NCBI GenBank assembly: GCA_037139515.1
Contig: JBAXGH010000003.1
Location: 12,800 to 76,799, forward strand
Reading direction: 5' to 3'
From: a bacterium
GTDB lineage: Bacteria; Patescibacteriota; Patescibacteriia; JBAXGH01
DNA: 64,000 bases
The notes below the pieces were generated by a model. It was not told the origin of the DNA and ran no database searches. It was given only the letters and a program-made list of their open reading frames with translations. Below, piece after piece: positions 39,619-49,330 of this stretch. Position 1 is the first letter of the stretch. Each line of letters starts with the position of its first letter. Made by a program: the position numbers and the translations under genes.

Positions 39619-40383
39619 ATGTTGAAGCTTTATTCCTGGAACGTGAACGGTATTCGTGCGGTAGAAAAGAAGGGTTTTTTAAATTGGCTCCATACCGAAA
39701 AGCCTGATGTACTAGGAATTCAGGAAACTAAAGCCCACGTCGATCAGCTTTCGCAGGCCGTGTTGCATCCCGATCAATACGAATCCTATTGGTCGAGCGG
39801 AGTTCGCCGCGGTTATAGCGGAACCGCCGTTTTCACACGCGTCTCCCCTATTTTATGCATGACGGACTTTGGACACCTGGCGCTCGACGGCGAAGGTCGC
39901 ATCGTGATGCTCGAATTTGAAAAGTTTTTCTATTTCAATGTTTATTTTCCGAACGGTGGCTCGGGCGAAGAGCGTCTTCAATATAAATTACGATTTTATG
40001 ATGAATTCCTGAAACTTGTCGAAAGTTTCCGCAAACAAAAACCGATTGTGATTTGCGGTGATGTAAACACGGCGCACAAGCCTGAAGATCTGGCGCGCCC
40101 GAAGGAAAATGCAAACACTTCCGGCTTTATGGCTATTGAACGTGATTGGCTTGATAAACTCGAGAGCCACGGTTATATCGACGCTTTCCGCTTATTCCAT
40201 GAAGGCAATGGCTATTATTCCTGGTGGGATATGAAAACCAGATCGCGTGAAAAAAATGTCGGTTGGAGAATCGATCATTTCTGGGTTTCGACGGAACTGA
40301 AAAAGCACATCGTGAGTGCCGATATTCACCCGGATGTGCTTGGTTCAGATCATTGCCCGATTTCGCTCAAGCTTTCTTTGTAA
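39619..40383 (+). CDS. xth: Exodeoxyribonuclease III / AP endonuclease
   Basis: Motifs SWNVNGIR, QETK, GDVNTAH, GWRID, SDHCP. Confidence 0.95.
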   Translation: MLKLYSWNVNGIRAVEKKGFLNWLHTEKPDVLGIQETKAHVDQLSQAVLHPDQYESYWSSGVRRGYSGTAVFTRVSPILCMTDFGHLALDGEGRIVMLEFEKFFYFNVYFPNGGSGEERLQYKLRFYDEFLKLVESFRKQKPIVICGDVNTAHKPEDLARPKENANTSGFMAIERDWLDKLESHGYIDAFRLFHEGNGYYSWWDMKTRSREKNVGWRIDHFWVSTELKKHIVSADIHPDVLGSDHCPISLKLSL

Positions 40384-40747
40384 AATCAAGCGCAAGCGAA
40401 TTGATGCAATATCTTTTTCCGGTCGGCGCCGGACCATCTTCAAAAACATGGCCGAGATGCGAACCGCATTTGGCACATTGAACTTCGGTACGCAGCACAC
40501 CCATGGAAGCGTCAGGCACTAGTTTCACCGATTCTACGCGAGTTAAATCGTAAAACGAAGGCCAGCCGGTACCGGACTCGAACTTCGTCTCCGAATCAAA
40601 TAGCCGTGTGTCACAAACGACACAGGAATAAACCCCTGTGTCTTTGTTATGCAGCCATTTTCCGCTCCCCGGCGGCTCGGTACCTTTCAAAAAGCAAACA
40701 TTATATTGCTCCGGAGTCAGTTTTGTTTTGGCCTCTTCCTGATTCAT
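40367..40747 (-). CDS. msrB: Peptide-methionine (R)-S-oxide reductase
   Basis: Motifs GTEPP, KFESGTGWPSF, HLGHVF.DGP, RYCINS. Start taken as ATG 40747. Confidence 0.96.
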   Translation of the reverse strand: MNQEEAKTKLTPEQYNVCFLKGTEPPGSGKWLHNKDTGVYSCVVCDTRLFDSETKFESGTGWPSFYDLTRVESVKLVPDASMGVLRTEVQCAKCGSHLGHVFEDGPAPTGKRYCINSLALDFTKKA

Positions 40748-40749
40748 AT

Positions 40750-41286
40750 TCAAGTTTTCAGTAATTCCGCGAAACGCTTCTTGGCTTTTTCCACTTTCGG
40801 CGTGATTACGATTTGGCAATACGGTTCATCCGAGTGATTCTCAAAATAATCTTTGTGATAATTCTCGGCCGGATAGAACTTATTCAACTTTTCAAGCGTC
40901 GTCACAATCGGTTTACCGCCCGGGTGTTCGCTTTCAAGTTTCGAGATATATTTTTCAGCCAGTTTTCGCTCAGTTTCGTCCGCGTAAAAGATAACCGAAC
41001 GATATTGCGTTCCGACATCATTTCCCTGACGATTCAAACTCGTCGGATCATGCGTCGCAAAAAATACATTCAACAAATCTTCGTATGAAATCACAGCCGG
41101 ATCATAAGTAAATTTGATAGCTTCAGCATGTCCCGTTTCTCCCGTTGAAACCTGCTCATAAGTCGGATCTATAACTGTCCCGCCCGTATAACCTGGTTCT
41201 ACCACCAAAACCCCACGGAGCATCTTGAAAACCGCCTCAGTGCACCAAAAACAGCCCCCGGCAAAAACCGCTTCTTTCTTTGCCAT
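40750..41286 (-). CDS. msrA: Peptide-methionine (S)-S-oxide reductase
   Basis: Motifs GGCFWC, HDPT..NRQGND.GTQYRS, AENYH. Confidence 0.96.
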   Translation of the reverse strand: MAKKEAVFAGGCFWCTEAVFKMLRGVLVVEPGYTGGTVIDPTYEQVSTGETGHAEAIKFTYDPAVISYEDLLNVFFATHDPTSLNRQGNDVGTQYRSVIFYADETERKLAEKYISKLESEHPGGKPIVTTLEKLNKFYPAENYHKDYFENHSDEPYCQIVITPKVEKAKKRFAELLKT

Positions 41287-41288
41287 AA

Positions 41289-43226
41289 TTATTTGCCACT
41301 TTCAATCGCAAGAATCGCGAGCGCGCCTTCGGCTACAGCATCATTCATGCGCGAAATCTTCAGCGCATCGCCCACGACCTGCACCGATTTCACAACACCC
41401 TTCAATTCCTCCTGCAATCCGTCATTCGAACGCGAGCCGAGACACAGAACAATCGTGTTTGCCGGAATCGTGCGCGTGCCTTTCGAATCTTCGACTGTAA
41501 CGCTCTTCTCCCCAATAGCCGTGACTTTGGTTTCGAGATTTATCTTCACCCCAAGCTTCGTGAGTCGTCCGAGTAAAAGATTTCGATCATCCGGAGGTGC
41601 TTCCATCGCGATATTCTTAGTAAACTCGACAATCGCAACCTTATGCTTGCGAACCGCGAGATATTCGGCTGTCTGAGCGCCGGCACAGCCTCCACCAATC
41701 ACAACAACTGAACCCGTAGCCTTAGATTTTCCTTCAAGCAAATCACGCGCAGTCACCACATTCTCGCGGTCGATGCCGGGAATTCCCGGAAGCGACGGCG
41801 ATGATCCGATTGCGAGTACGACTGCATCAGGCTTCAATGCTTTAACATCACTTAAACCGAAAGTCTTATTCAACTTGAGCGTGATGTGAAGTTTTCCTAA
41901 ATCACGAATCAAAGCCTTACGAAATTCCACCCAACCGTTTCTATGAGGCGCGGCACCAGCCGCATACATTTGTCCACCGAGTTTCGATTTCGCCTCGAAG
42001 AGTGTGACCTTATGCCCGCGCATGGCCGCCGTTTTTGCCGCCTGCATACCGGCCGGGCCGCCGCCAACAACAATAATCTTTTTCGATTTACCCGGCTTCT
42101 TCGCGAATTCCAATTCGCGGCCGCAAGTCGGATTCACCGTGCACAAAACATCCTGACCAGCGAACAGACGTCCGATGCAAGCCTGATTACACGCGATGCA
42201 CGGCATAATTTTATCCAACTGTCCGGCGGCGACCTTGTTCGGCCATTCCGGATCCGCGAGAAGCGTGCGCCCAATAGCGACATAATCCGCTTTTTTAGCT
42301 TTCAAAATTTTCTCGGCGAGTTCCGGCGTGCGAATCTTATTGACCGTAATCACCGGAATCTTGACGTGCTTCTTTACCGCCGCCGCCAAATCAACCAGCA
42401 CACCGTCTTTTACGGCCATCGGCGAAATCATTCTCCCCTGCGCATACGAGGCATAGTTTCCGGACGAGATATGCAAACCATCAACGCCAAGATCTTCAAG
42501 TTTTTGCGCGATTTTCACAGTATCTTTAATCATGAGGCCGCCTTTTACATCCTCCGCACCCGACAAACGCACGATGACCGGAAAACAATCGCAAACCTCG
42601 TCACGCACCGCTTCATAAACTTCCTGAAGGAAACGAAAACGCTTTTCAGGCGTACCACCGTATGAATCTTTGCGATGATTGCTGAATGGTGACAGGAATT
42701 GGGTAATTAAATAGCCGTGAGCGCCGTGAATTTCAACAAAATCCATACCCGCTTCTTTAGCGCGACGGGCTCCGGCAGCATAAGCTTCGACCAAAGTCTG
42801 AATCTCTTTTGCGGTAAGGGCGACCGGCATCTCCCCGGAAGACGGATCCGGCACGGTCGAAGGCGCCACAATCGGCATGCCAGTAACAGCCTGATGAGTC
42901 TGACGACCGGCATGATAAAGCTGTACCCCGATTTTTGCGCCGTACTTGTGAGCGGCCTTTACCAAACGCTTCAAACCAGGAACCACGGCATCTTCATGAA
43001 TCCCAAGCTCATTCGGAAAACCCTGACCGCTTTTCATGACATAGCTCGCCTCCAAAATCATCATACCGACTCCGCCGCGCGCAATAGATTCGATATGCGC
43101 AACGTAGCGGTCGTTTGCGTGACCGTTCTTCTCGGCATAATCGCGAACCATCGGCGGCATCACCAAACGGTTCTTGAGTTGCATCTCACCCATCCGACCC
43201 GACTTGAACAAAGCAGAATATTTCAT
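41289..43226 (-). CDS. NADH:flavin oxidoreductase (OYE barrel + Fe-S + FAD domain; FadH/BaiH-like)
   Basis: HGAHGYLITQFLSP, CIACNQAC...C.VNP, GGGPAG. Confidence 0.9.
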   Translation of the reverse strand: MKYSALFKSGRMGEMQLKNRLVMPPMVRDYAEKNGHANDRYVAHIESIARGGVGMMILEASYVMKSGQGFPNELGIHEDAVVPGLKRLVKAAHKYGAKIGVQLYHAGRQTHQAVTGMPIVAPSTVPDPSSGEMPVALTAKEIQTLVEAYAAGARRAKEAGMDFVEIHGAHGYLITQFLSPFSNHRKDSYGGTPEKRFRFLQEVYEAVRDEVCDCFPVIVRLSGAEDVKGGLMIKDTVKIAQKLEDLGVDGLHISSGNYASYAQGRMISPMAVKDGVLVDLAAAVKKHVKIPVITVNKIRTPELAEKILKAKKADYVAIGRTLLADPEWPNKVAAGQLDKIMPCIACNQACIGRLFAGQDVLCTVNPTCGRELEFAKKPGKSKKIIVVGGGPAGMQAAKTAAMRGHKVTLFEAKSKLGGQMYAAGAAPHRNGWVEFRKALIRDLGKLHITLKLNKTFGLSDVKALKPDAVVLAIGSSPSLPGIPGIDRENVVTARDLLEGKSKATGSVVVIGGGCAGAQTAEYLAVRKHKVAIVEFTKNIAMEAPPDDRNLLLGRLTKLGVKINLETKVTAIGEKSVTVEDSKGTRTIPANTIVLCLGSRSNDGLQEELKGVVKSVQVVGDALKISRMNDAVAEGALAILAIESGK

Positions 43227-43285
43227 AGGCTTATATAGCTTTGCCTATATTGTACTCCTCGCATGAAACCCAGCCTGTGCGAAAA

Positions 43286-44017
43286 TCAGAATATTCCCAA
43301 AAACTTCCTACAAACATTCTTGCGATGAATATTTACAACTTCCAAATCTTTCGGATTTTTAAATTCCGCTTCAAATATCGGCAACAATGTCTCGGAACCA
43401 CTTTCCAACAAGACCCGCATCTCTTCGGTATAAATCGGCACGGCTACAAAAACATAAATCGTTTTTTCACCGGTTTCTATTTTCATGAATTCATCAGACA
43501 TGACAAGCGACGGAAGTAACAAGAACCCGCTGAATTTGGTATTTGACGCCACCGGTTCCGCCGGATTGCCGTTCGGCATGCTGTGATAACCCCAAAGCCA
43601 GGTTTTGTACCAGTGCGGTAGCGTCGCGAGCTTTTTCAAATGCCTGATCGGCCAGTAATTATTTTCGTCGCGGAAAGATTCCTGATCGAGTTTCCAATCG
43701 GCCGGCAGAAACATGGCGATTTCGGCGTATTTGCAGTCCTGAGCATCTTCCGGCGCATTCATGGCGCGCGAGCTCATGCCGCTTGTCATCAAAATATTAA
43801 ACGGACGACCCTCCCCGGGCTTCACCATGAAAACATCAATATGAACCACGTCTGAAACAAATTCGTGAAAAACCGAAACGCCTTCATCGCCGAAAAATTT
43901 CCGTAGATGATCTCCAACCACGTCACTCGTATCGGATTCTTCCGGAGTCACATAATTCTCATCGGTTCTTTCTTGGTGCCTGATAATTTTTTGCCCAGGT
44001 TTTTCGTCATTCTGCAT
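43286..44017 (-). CDS. Suppressor-of-fused (SUFU)-like domain protein
   Basis: VFHE.VSD.VHIDV, LMTSGMS..M, WPI..LK.LA..PH, VPIY.EE. Confidence 0.8.
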   Translation of the reverse strand: MQNDEKPGQKIIRHQERTDENYVTPEESDTSDVVGDHLRKFFGDEGVSVFHEFVSDVVHIDVFMVKPGEGRPFNILMTSGMSSRAMNAPEDAQDCKYAEIAMFLPADWKLDQESFRDENNYWPIRHLKKLATLPHWYKTWLWGYHSMPNGNPAEPVASNTKFSGFLLLPSLVMSDEFMKIETGEKTIYVFVAVPIYTEEMRVLLESGSETLLPIFEAEFKNPKDLEVVNIHRKNVCRKFLGIF

Positions 44018-44026
44018 ATTGCGAGA

Positions 44027-44587
44027 TTATATTTTCGAAATATTTCTTAAATATTTACGATGCTGCCTGGCATCCGGGCTGAATCTTTCTACGTGAGCCC
44101 AAAAACGAGGTGAATGATTGAATTCTAGCAGATGACAGAGTTCATGAATAACAAGATAATCGGCGACCGGGGGCGGCATAATCGCGATTTTATAATGGAA
44201 ACATAAAGTTCCGGTACGCGAACACGAACCCCAGCGCGTGCTTTGATTGCGCACCGAGATTTTTTTATATGCAACCCCAAGTTGCGGCGCAAAATAGGCT
44301 ACGCGTTCACAAGCGATGGCAAGTGCGCGCTTGTGATGAAGCTTGTAATCCGTTTGTTTTTCAGTGCGAGTTTTTCCTCCCCGGGCGCGATACTTCTCGA
44401 GCGCGTTCAAAATCAACTCAGCTTTAGATTGAATAAAATCCTCGGCGGCGCGAAGACTTGCCCGCATCGGCATCGAAAAAAGCACCGTCCCGTCATCGCG
44501 AATTCGCAAACGCAAAGAACGCGACCAACGTAATCGCTTAAAATCAACTTCCACATCGTATCCCGATAGACTAATTATTTTCCGCAT
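44027..44587 (-). CDS. YgjP/DUF45-like zinc metallopeptidase-family protein
   Basis: RWGSCS, HELCHL.EFNHS..FW. Confidence 0.88.
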   Translation of the reverse strand: MRKIISLSGYDVEVDFKRLRWSRSLRLRIRDDGTVLFSMPMRASLRAAEDFIQSKAELILNALEKYRARGGKTRTEKQTDYKLHHKRALAIACERVAYFAPQLGVAYKKISVRNQSTRWGSCSRTGTLCFHYKIAIMPPPVADYLVIHELCHLLEFNHSPRFWAHVERFSPDARQHRKYLRNISKI

Positions 44588-45806
44588 GTAAAATCGGTTC
44601 CACGCCTAACAATTTATCCAACTCAACAACTTTTACTTTGAAATTTTCAAGTTCAGAGGAATCAATCGGCCCGGTTGACGGGAACTTCTCCAATAACGGA
44701 TTGATAAGCGCACCATTTTTCACCATTTCATAATGCAGATGCGGCCCGGTTGAAAAACCAGTCGATCCGACATAGCCGATTATTTGCCCCTGCTTCACTC
44801 TCTGCCCGGCTTTCACGATAATCTTGCTTTGATGGCCGTAATGCGTGGAATATGTCGCGTTGTGACGAATATTGGTGTAATTGCCATATGCTCCATTCCA
44901 TCCAGCTTTTACAATCGTGCCATCGGCGGTTGCGCGAATCGGAGTTCCTGTAGAAGCGGCGTAATCAATCGCACGATGTTTGGTGGCCGTATTAAATGCT
45001 GAAACGTAACGCATACCCTTCGTGAAACCGGAAGTTATATATTTGAAAGCAAGCGGCGCTTTCAGGAACATTTTCTTGAGCGAAGAACCGGTTTCGTCGT
45101 AATAGCCTTCTTCGCCACTCGCATTCGCATAAAGATATCCGCGGAACTCTGTACCAGCATTTGTATATTCGGCGCTCAGAACAGCTCCCGGCATCACGTA
45201 TTTTCCGTCGCGATACAATTCTTCGTACACGAACTTGAATTTATCGTGGGCGCGAACATCCTGCGCAAAATCGATAGTCCACTCAAAAACGTCGGCAAGT
45301 CCGATAATCGCGCGCTCATCGATACCGGATTTGAGCCCGGCTTCGTATAAAGAAGATTCGACCGTGCCACTCGCGGTTTTTTGGCGAATTTCGTATTGAA
45401 TTTTCTCGCGCACCGCTTGCCAACCGCCGTCTACGCGATTCACGTGCAATTCCTCTTCCACGCTGATCGCGTAAATCAAACCTTTGAGCTGTTTTGTTTC
45501 GGAATCGCGTATCAAATCAATATTTTTACCCAAGCGAACTTTTGCCAGGTCATAAACCTCTTTTGAAGCGTTATAAATTCCGTCAATATCGATTGGCACA
45601 ACGCCTGCATCAGACATCAAAGTGCTAAAGGTAGATTTTTCGGTCACCGGCACAGCTTCTACGAAATCACTGGGCTTTTTTACTTCAATTATTTTTGCCA
45701 AATTATTATTTTCTTGCGCCAAAGGTGTCACACGCTTTGAGAAAAGATAAACTCCCCCGGCCAAAACCGCAATCACGAATATGAATATCAAAATTGATTT
45801 TTTCAT
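44571..45806 (-). CDS. M23 family peptidase (MepM-like)
   Basis: N-terminal TM; H.AIDYAA..GTP, YGH, STGPHLHYE. Confidence 0.9.
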   Translation of the reverse strand: MKKSILIFIFVIAVLAGGVYLFSKRVTPLAQENNNLAKIIEVKKPSDFVEAVPVTEKSTFSTLMSDAGVVPIDIDGIYNASKEVYDLAKVRLGKNIDLIRDSETKQLKGLIYAISVEEELHVNRVDGGWQAVREKIQYEIRQKTASGTVESSLYEAGLKSGIDERAIIGLADVFEWTIDFAQDVRAHDKFKFVYEELYRDGKYVMPGAVLSAEYTNAGTEFRGYLYANASGEEGYYDETGSSLKKMFLKAPLAFKYITSGFTKGMRYVSAFNTATKHRAIDYAASTGTPIRATADGTIVKAGWNGAYGNYTNIRHNATYSTHYGHQSKIIVKAGQRVKQGQIIGYVGSTGFSTGPHLHYEMVKNGALINPLLEKFPSTGPIDSSELENFKVKVVELDKLLGVEPILHAENN

Positions 45807-45842
45807 TCACTAAAAATAGCACGCAAAGAATTGTTCAGCAAA

Positions 45843-46412
45843 TCAAATATCAATTTTTCTAATGATGATTCTTCCCATGGCCGCCACCCCTTCATTACGC
45901 TGCATCTCATCAGAACAGTTATTTAGTACAACAAGCTTACGCAGCTTATCTGCTTTTCGAATAAGCGGTAAAGAGAATGGCCTAAATTCGTTCTTCACTC
46001 TTTGTCTAAATAACTGGCTCATATTGTTTGTAGAGTCACCAGGTCTCTTGCCTCGACTTATATATCTGCGTTCAGCCTCACTTGTTTTGACTCGGATATA
46101 TATTACAACGCTAACTTTAAAACCAAGTATACCGAGCATTTCTTCAAGCCACATGTTTCCGCTTTGATGAACAGGGCTAAAATCCAAAACAAGTCCACCT
46201 AAATACTTCCCTGGCAGGCGAAGGAGTTCGAGTTCCAAAAATGCCGTTGCCAGATCGTGCGTCTCTGGTAACACTCCGGACAACCTTCCAGCCCGAAGCA
46301 CATCACCCATCGAAAGGAACGGAATTCGTAAGTATTCCGCTATTTCCCGACCGACAGTTGTTTTTCCTGAACCAGGCATGCCTAGAACAAGAATTACCGG
46401 CTTTTCTCGCAT
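45843..46412 (-). CDS. Adenylate/nucleoside monophosphate kinase-like P-loop protein
   Basis: GMPGSGKT, LSMGDVLR, GLVLDFSP, R..RPGD. Confidence 0.75.
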   Translation of the reverse strand: MREKPVILVLGMPGSGKTTVGREIAEYLRIPFLSMGDVLRAGRLSGVLPETHDLATAFLELELLRLPGKYLGGLVLDFSPVHQSGNMWLEEMLGILGFKVSVVIYIRVKTSEAERRYISRGKRPGDSTNNMSQLFRQRVKNEFRPFSLPLIRKADKLRKLVVLNNCSDEMQRNEGVAAMGRIIIRKIDI

Positions 46413-46441
46413 GTATTTTATGATATTACTATAATCACAAT

Positions 46442-46468
46442 AAAAAAAGCCACGCCTTTGAGACGTGG
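46442..46468 (-). terminator. Terminator after the radical SAM gene
   Basis: GCCACG/CGTGGC stem with a T7 run on the minus strand. Confidence 0.7.
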
Positions 46469-46478
46469 CGAGCTCCGA

Positions 46479-47366
46479 TTATGGCATCTTGCCATAGCAA
46501 GCGAGTCGCTCGCGGATGTAGAGTTCAAGCCTACGAAGGTGCGCTTCATGCTGTTTGATGAACATAGCCTCGTCGAAAGCACAGATATTCATCGAAAGCG
46601 GTGCGCTATTGCCGATGGCAAGATCACCACTCGGGAGAACAAAGACCTTGTCCACATAACGCTCCGTATAGTTCGGAGCTACGATACACCCTCGCGGAGC
46701 AACACGCTTCACATCCTCCACGACGGTGCTAAACAACTGCTCTGAAATACCGTAACTATCGAACACGCTAGCGCCCATGCCGTGAGGCCGAAATTGGTAA
46801 AGGCGCCAAATGTCGACACGAATGTTCTCAAGAAGCTTCGCGATGCCAACGACGGAATGGGCGTTCACACTGGAAACGACCGTCGCGATCTTGATGGTTC
46901 CCTTGAACCCTGACTCCGAGAATAGTTTCGCTATCCAGAGGTTATGAGGGAGCAGATGTCCAACGTCGCGCATAACAGCTTGCACATCTTCCATTGAGGC
47001 ATCAATCGGAAGGTGAAGCATATCAAGCTTCGGCGCGATCCTCTGCACATCCTCTGGTGCGAGCAACAAACCGTTCGTATTGAGAGAGGTATAGATACCA
47101 CGAGATTTCGCAAACTCGATTAAGTCAAAAACAGCTTCCTTGAACAACAAAGGCTCGCCGCCACCTATGGCGATACCCGGAATCGTCATGTGCTTAAAAC
47201 TCAATGACGATTCAAGAAAACGCTTCAGTGCAATGAAATCAACGTGTCCCTTGACGGCTTTACTATTGATGCACATCGCGCAATTGAGCTGACATGCTTG
47301 CGTGATCTGAACATCAAGTATTGCCGTTCTACCTAATCCGGTGAAGATAGGAGAATTATTGACCAT
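46479..47366 (-). CDS. Radical SAM protein, viperin-like
   Basis: CQLNCAMC, GGGEP, SLNTNG, KIATVV..VN, WRLYQF, ISEQLF; SD-like GAGGGAG before ATG 47366. Confidence 0.8.
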   Translation of the reverse strand: MVNNSPIFTGLGRTAILDVQITQACQLNCAMCINSKAVKGHVDFIALKRFLESSLSFKHMTIPGIAIGGGEPLLFKEAVFDLIEFAKSRGIYTSLNTNGLLLAPEDVQRIAPKLDMLHLPIDASMEDVQAVMRDVGHLLPHNLWIAKLFSESGFKGTIKIATVVSSVNAHSVVGIAKLLENIRVDIWRLYQFRPHGMGASVFDSYGISEQLFSTVVEDVKRVAPRGCIVAPNYTERYVDKVFVLPSGDLAIGNSAPLSMNICAFDEAMFIKQHEAHLRRLELYIRERLACYGKMP

Positions 47367-47523
47367 CGTTCTCTCCCTCGCACAATCATCCGATATTCGG
47401 ATGATCACCTGTATTCTTAGTACACTACTAGAAAGCACCCGTCAAATATCCGTAACAAGCTTTACGCAAAACATGAGATAAAAAATCAGGACCCGTCGGG
47501 TCCTGTGACTGGCGCGACGAGGT

Positions 47524-48117
47524 TTAGTCGTCGTGGTATTCGATGAGGCAGAAAGAGCCTTGGGTCAGCTGGCCCGGCTGTTCACCGAGCAAAAGCTTGA
47601 AGCGCGTGAGCGGATTCGCGAAATGCAGACGAAGCGCCGTACCGTGCCCAACGATGACCGGAACCGTTTCCTGGCTCGCGAGAGCATCACGATGAACCCG
47701 ATGGAAACCATCTTGATACCGCTTGCGCACCTGGTCAGCATTCTCCCCACCGATCTGGGTGAAGTCGAAGCCGTCCGAACTCGTTCGATAGCATTCCTCA
47801 GGGAAACGCTCGTGCGCGGTCCCCTTGGTAAGACCGGCCATCTTCCCAATGTCGACTTCTCCAAACTTGGCCTCTTGAATTACCCGCGAACCAGTCTGGA
47901 ACGAAATCAGATTTCCGGTGCGCAACGAACGAATCAGAATCGAAGTCCAAACAGTACCAGCGCGACAGTTGTCGATTCCGGCGATTGCCCGCCCAAGCGC
48001 GCTCGCCTGCATTTCCCCCTTGGCATTCAAATCAACGTCTTGAATGCCGCTGTAGATTCGCTTGGCGTTGTTGTCAGTCTCGCAATGCCTCGTGATGATC
48101 ATGCGTGTTTTTCGCAT
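47524..48117 (-). CDS. Histidine phosphatase family protein
   Basis: TRHCET..N, TS.L.R...T, GE, VGHG. Start taken as ATG 48117 after AGGAG. Confidence 0.88.
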   Translation of the reverse strand: MRKTRMIITRHCETDNNAKRIYSGIQDVDLNAKGEMQASALGRAIAGIDNCRAGTVWTSILIRSLRTGNLISFQTGSRVIQEAKFGEVDIGKMAGLTKGTAHERFPEECYRTSSDGFDFTQIGGENADQVRKRYQDGFHRVHRDALASQETVPVIVGHGTALRLHFANPLTRFKLLLGEQPGQLTQGSFCLIEYHDD

Positions 48118-48255
48118 GTCTTTCTCCTCTCCTGTGTGGGATTCTCGGAATTTAGCAAAATAAGAACGATTTAGCAACAGGCTCTATACTTAGGCAAAAA
48201 AATCCGGCCTGACTGCGAGGTGCAGCCTGGCCGGGTGAAACTTGGGCGCTTCGGA

Positions 48256-48603
48256 TTACACAATCGCGTGATGGACGACGCCGTCCCTGCACACGCAGAG
48301 CAGCATCCGCACATGAACCTGGGTACACCAGCTCATGTGCTTTTTTGTGTATTCATCGACGATCTTCGCGACCTTTTCCCTGACGGCCGCGGGCGCATCA
48401 GTTGGCATCCGAGCATCAAGGTCAAGGTCGATGAAGACCGTGAGCTTCGTAGCACCAGAGTACTCGGAAAGAACATGCACGCAAACTTCCGGCTTGAATT
48501 CCGGAGTGCTGAGGCATTGCTGCATGGCATCTTCCAGGCTATGCCGAAGTGCGCGCTGTTCTCCGGCTGACGGCAAACCGTAAACGCGAATCACAACCGC
48601 CAT
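48256..48603 (-). CDS. Hypothetical protein
   Basis: 115 aa, GGAGG SD, directly downstream of 48622-49176. Confidence 0.65.
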   Translation of the reverse strand: MAVVIRVYGLPSAGEQRALRHSLEDAMQQCLSTPEFKPEVCVHVLSEYSGATKLTVFIDLDLDARMPTDAPAAVREKVAKIVDEYTKKHMSWCTQVHVRMLLCVCRDGVVHHAIV

Positions 48604-48621
48604 CTTCGCCTCCTTCCGCCG

Positions 48622-49176
48622 CTACGGAACTTGAATCCGCTTGGCCTTGTCGATGTTCACGGTACCGCGGTACAGAACATGCGGCACGAGATGATATCGC
48701 CGAAACTTGTCTCCCACTTTCAGGCTTCGGAAATACGCCCGGGCGGCTTCGGGGAGAGTCTTTCCGTAGGCTACAAGCGCTCCCGACGTGTACGGCACGA
48801 ATTCGTCGTCCGAGAACTCCTCTTCATTCGCGTTCGGAGCCTTGGAGTAGACGAAGATTTCGAGCTTCTTCGGATCGAAGTGCCGCGTGTCGATTTCGAA
48901 GAAATCGCGCGGGAAAGGCTTTCCGGTATGCGCGACCTCCTCCCAGATCTCAAAAGGGTGAACTGGGCAGAAGTGCAGAACATCGTTCCAGAGGCAGTTG
49001 CCGAGCGCCTTGATATGCCGACGCATGAGCCACTCACGATCGTTCTGATCCTCAATTGGAAGGTACTTCGCAAGCGCTTTTGCGTGAGCGTCAGGCGCTA
49101 CTTTGAGTAGCTCATTCAGCGGAATCAGCTCTTTGCCGACCATTTCCGACGGAACCTCATGGTAAAGAGAAGCCAT
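48622..49176 (-). CDS. Conserved hypothetical protein
   Basis: LYH.VP..M.G..L.PLN.L, CLWNDVLH..PVHP and VPHVL recall a conserved uncharacterised family; GAGGTG SD. Confidence 0.75.
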   Translation of the reverse strand: MASLYHEVPSEMVGKELIPLNELLKVAPDAHAKALAKYLPIEDQNDREWLMRRHIKALGNCLWNDVLHFCPVHPFEIWEEVAHTGKPFPRDFFEIDTRHFDPKKLEIFVYSKAPNANEEEFSDDEFVPYTSGALVAYGKTLPEAARAYFRSLKVGDKFRRYHLVPHVLYRGTVNIDKAKRIQVP

Positions 49177-49330
49177 GTTACACCTCGCTTTCTACCTGCT
49201 TGTCCGGGCGGAATCATATGTAATTTTCAGCGAAATGTCAATAATCGCTCACAGACTTGACAAAATCGCGATTTTTAGCTTAAATACGAGGCGGATAACC
49301 TTTACCAAAACCCCCGAAGGGAGGCCGAAA

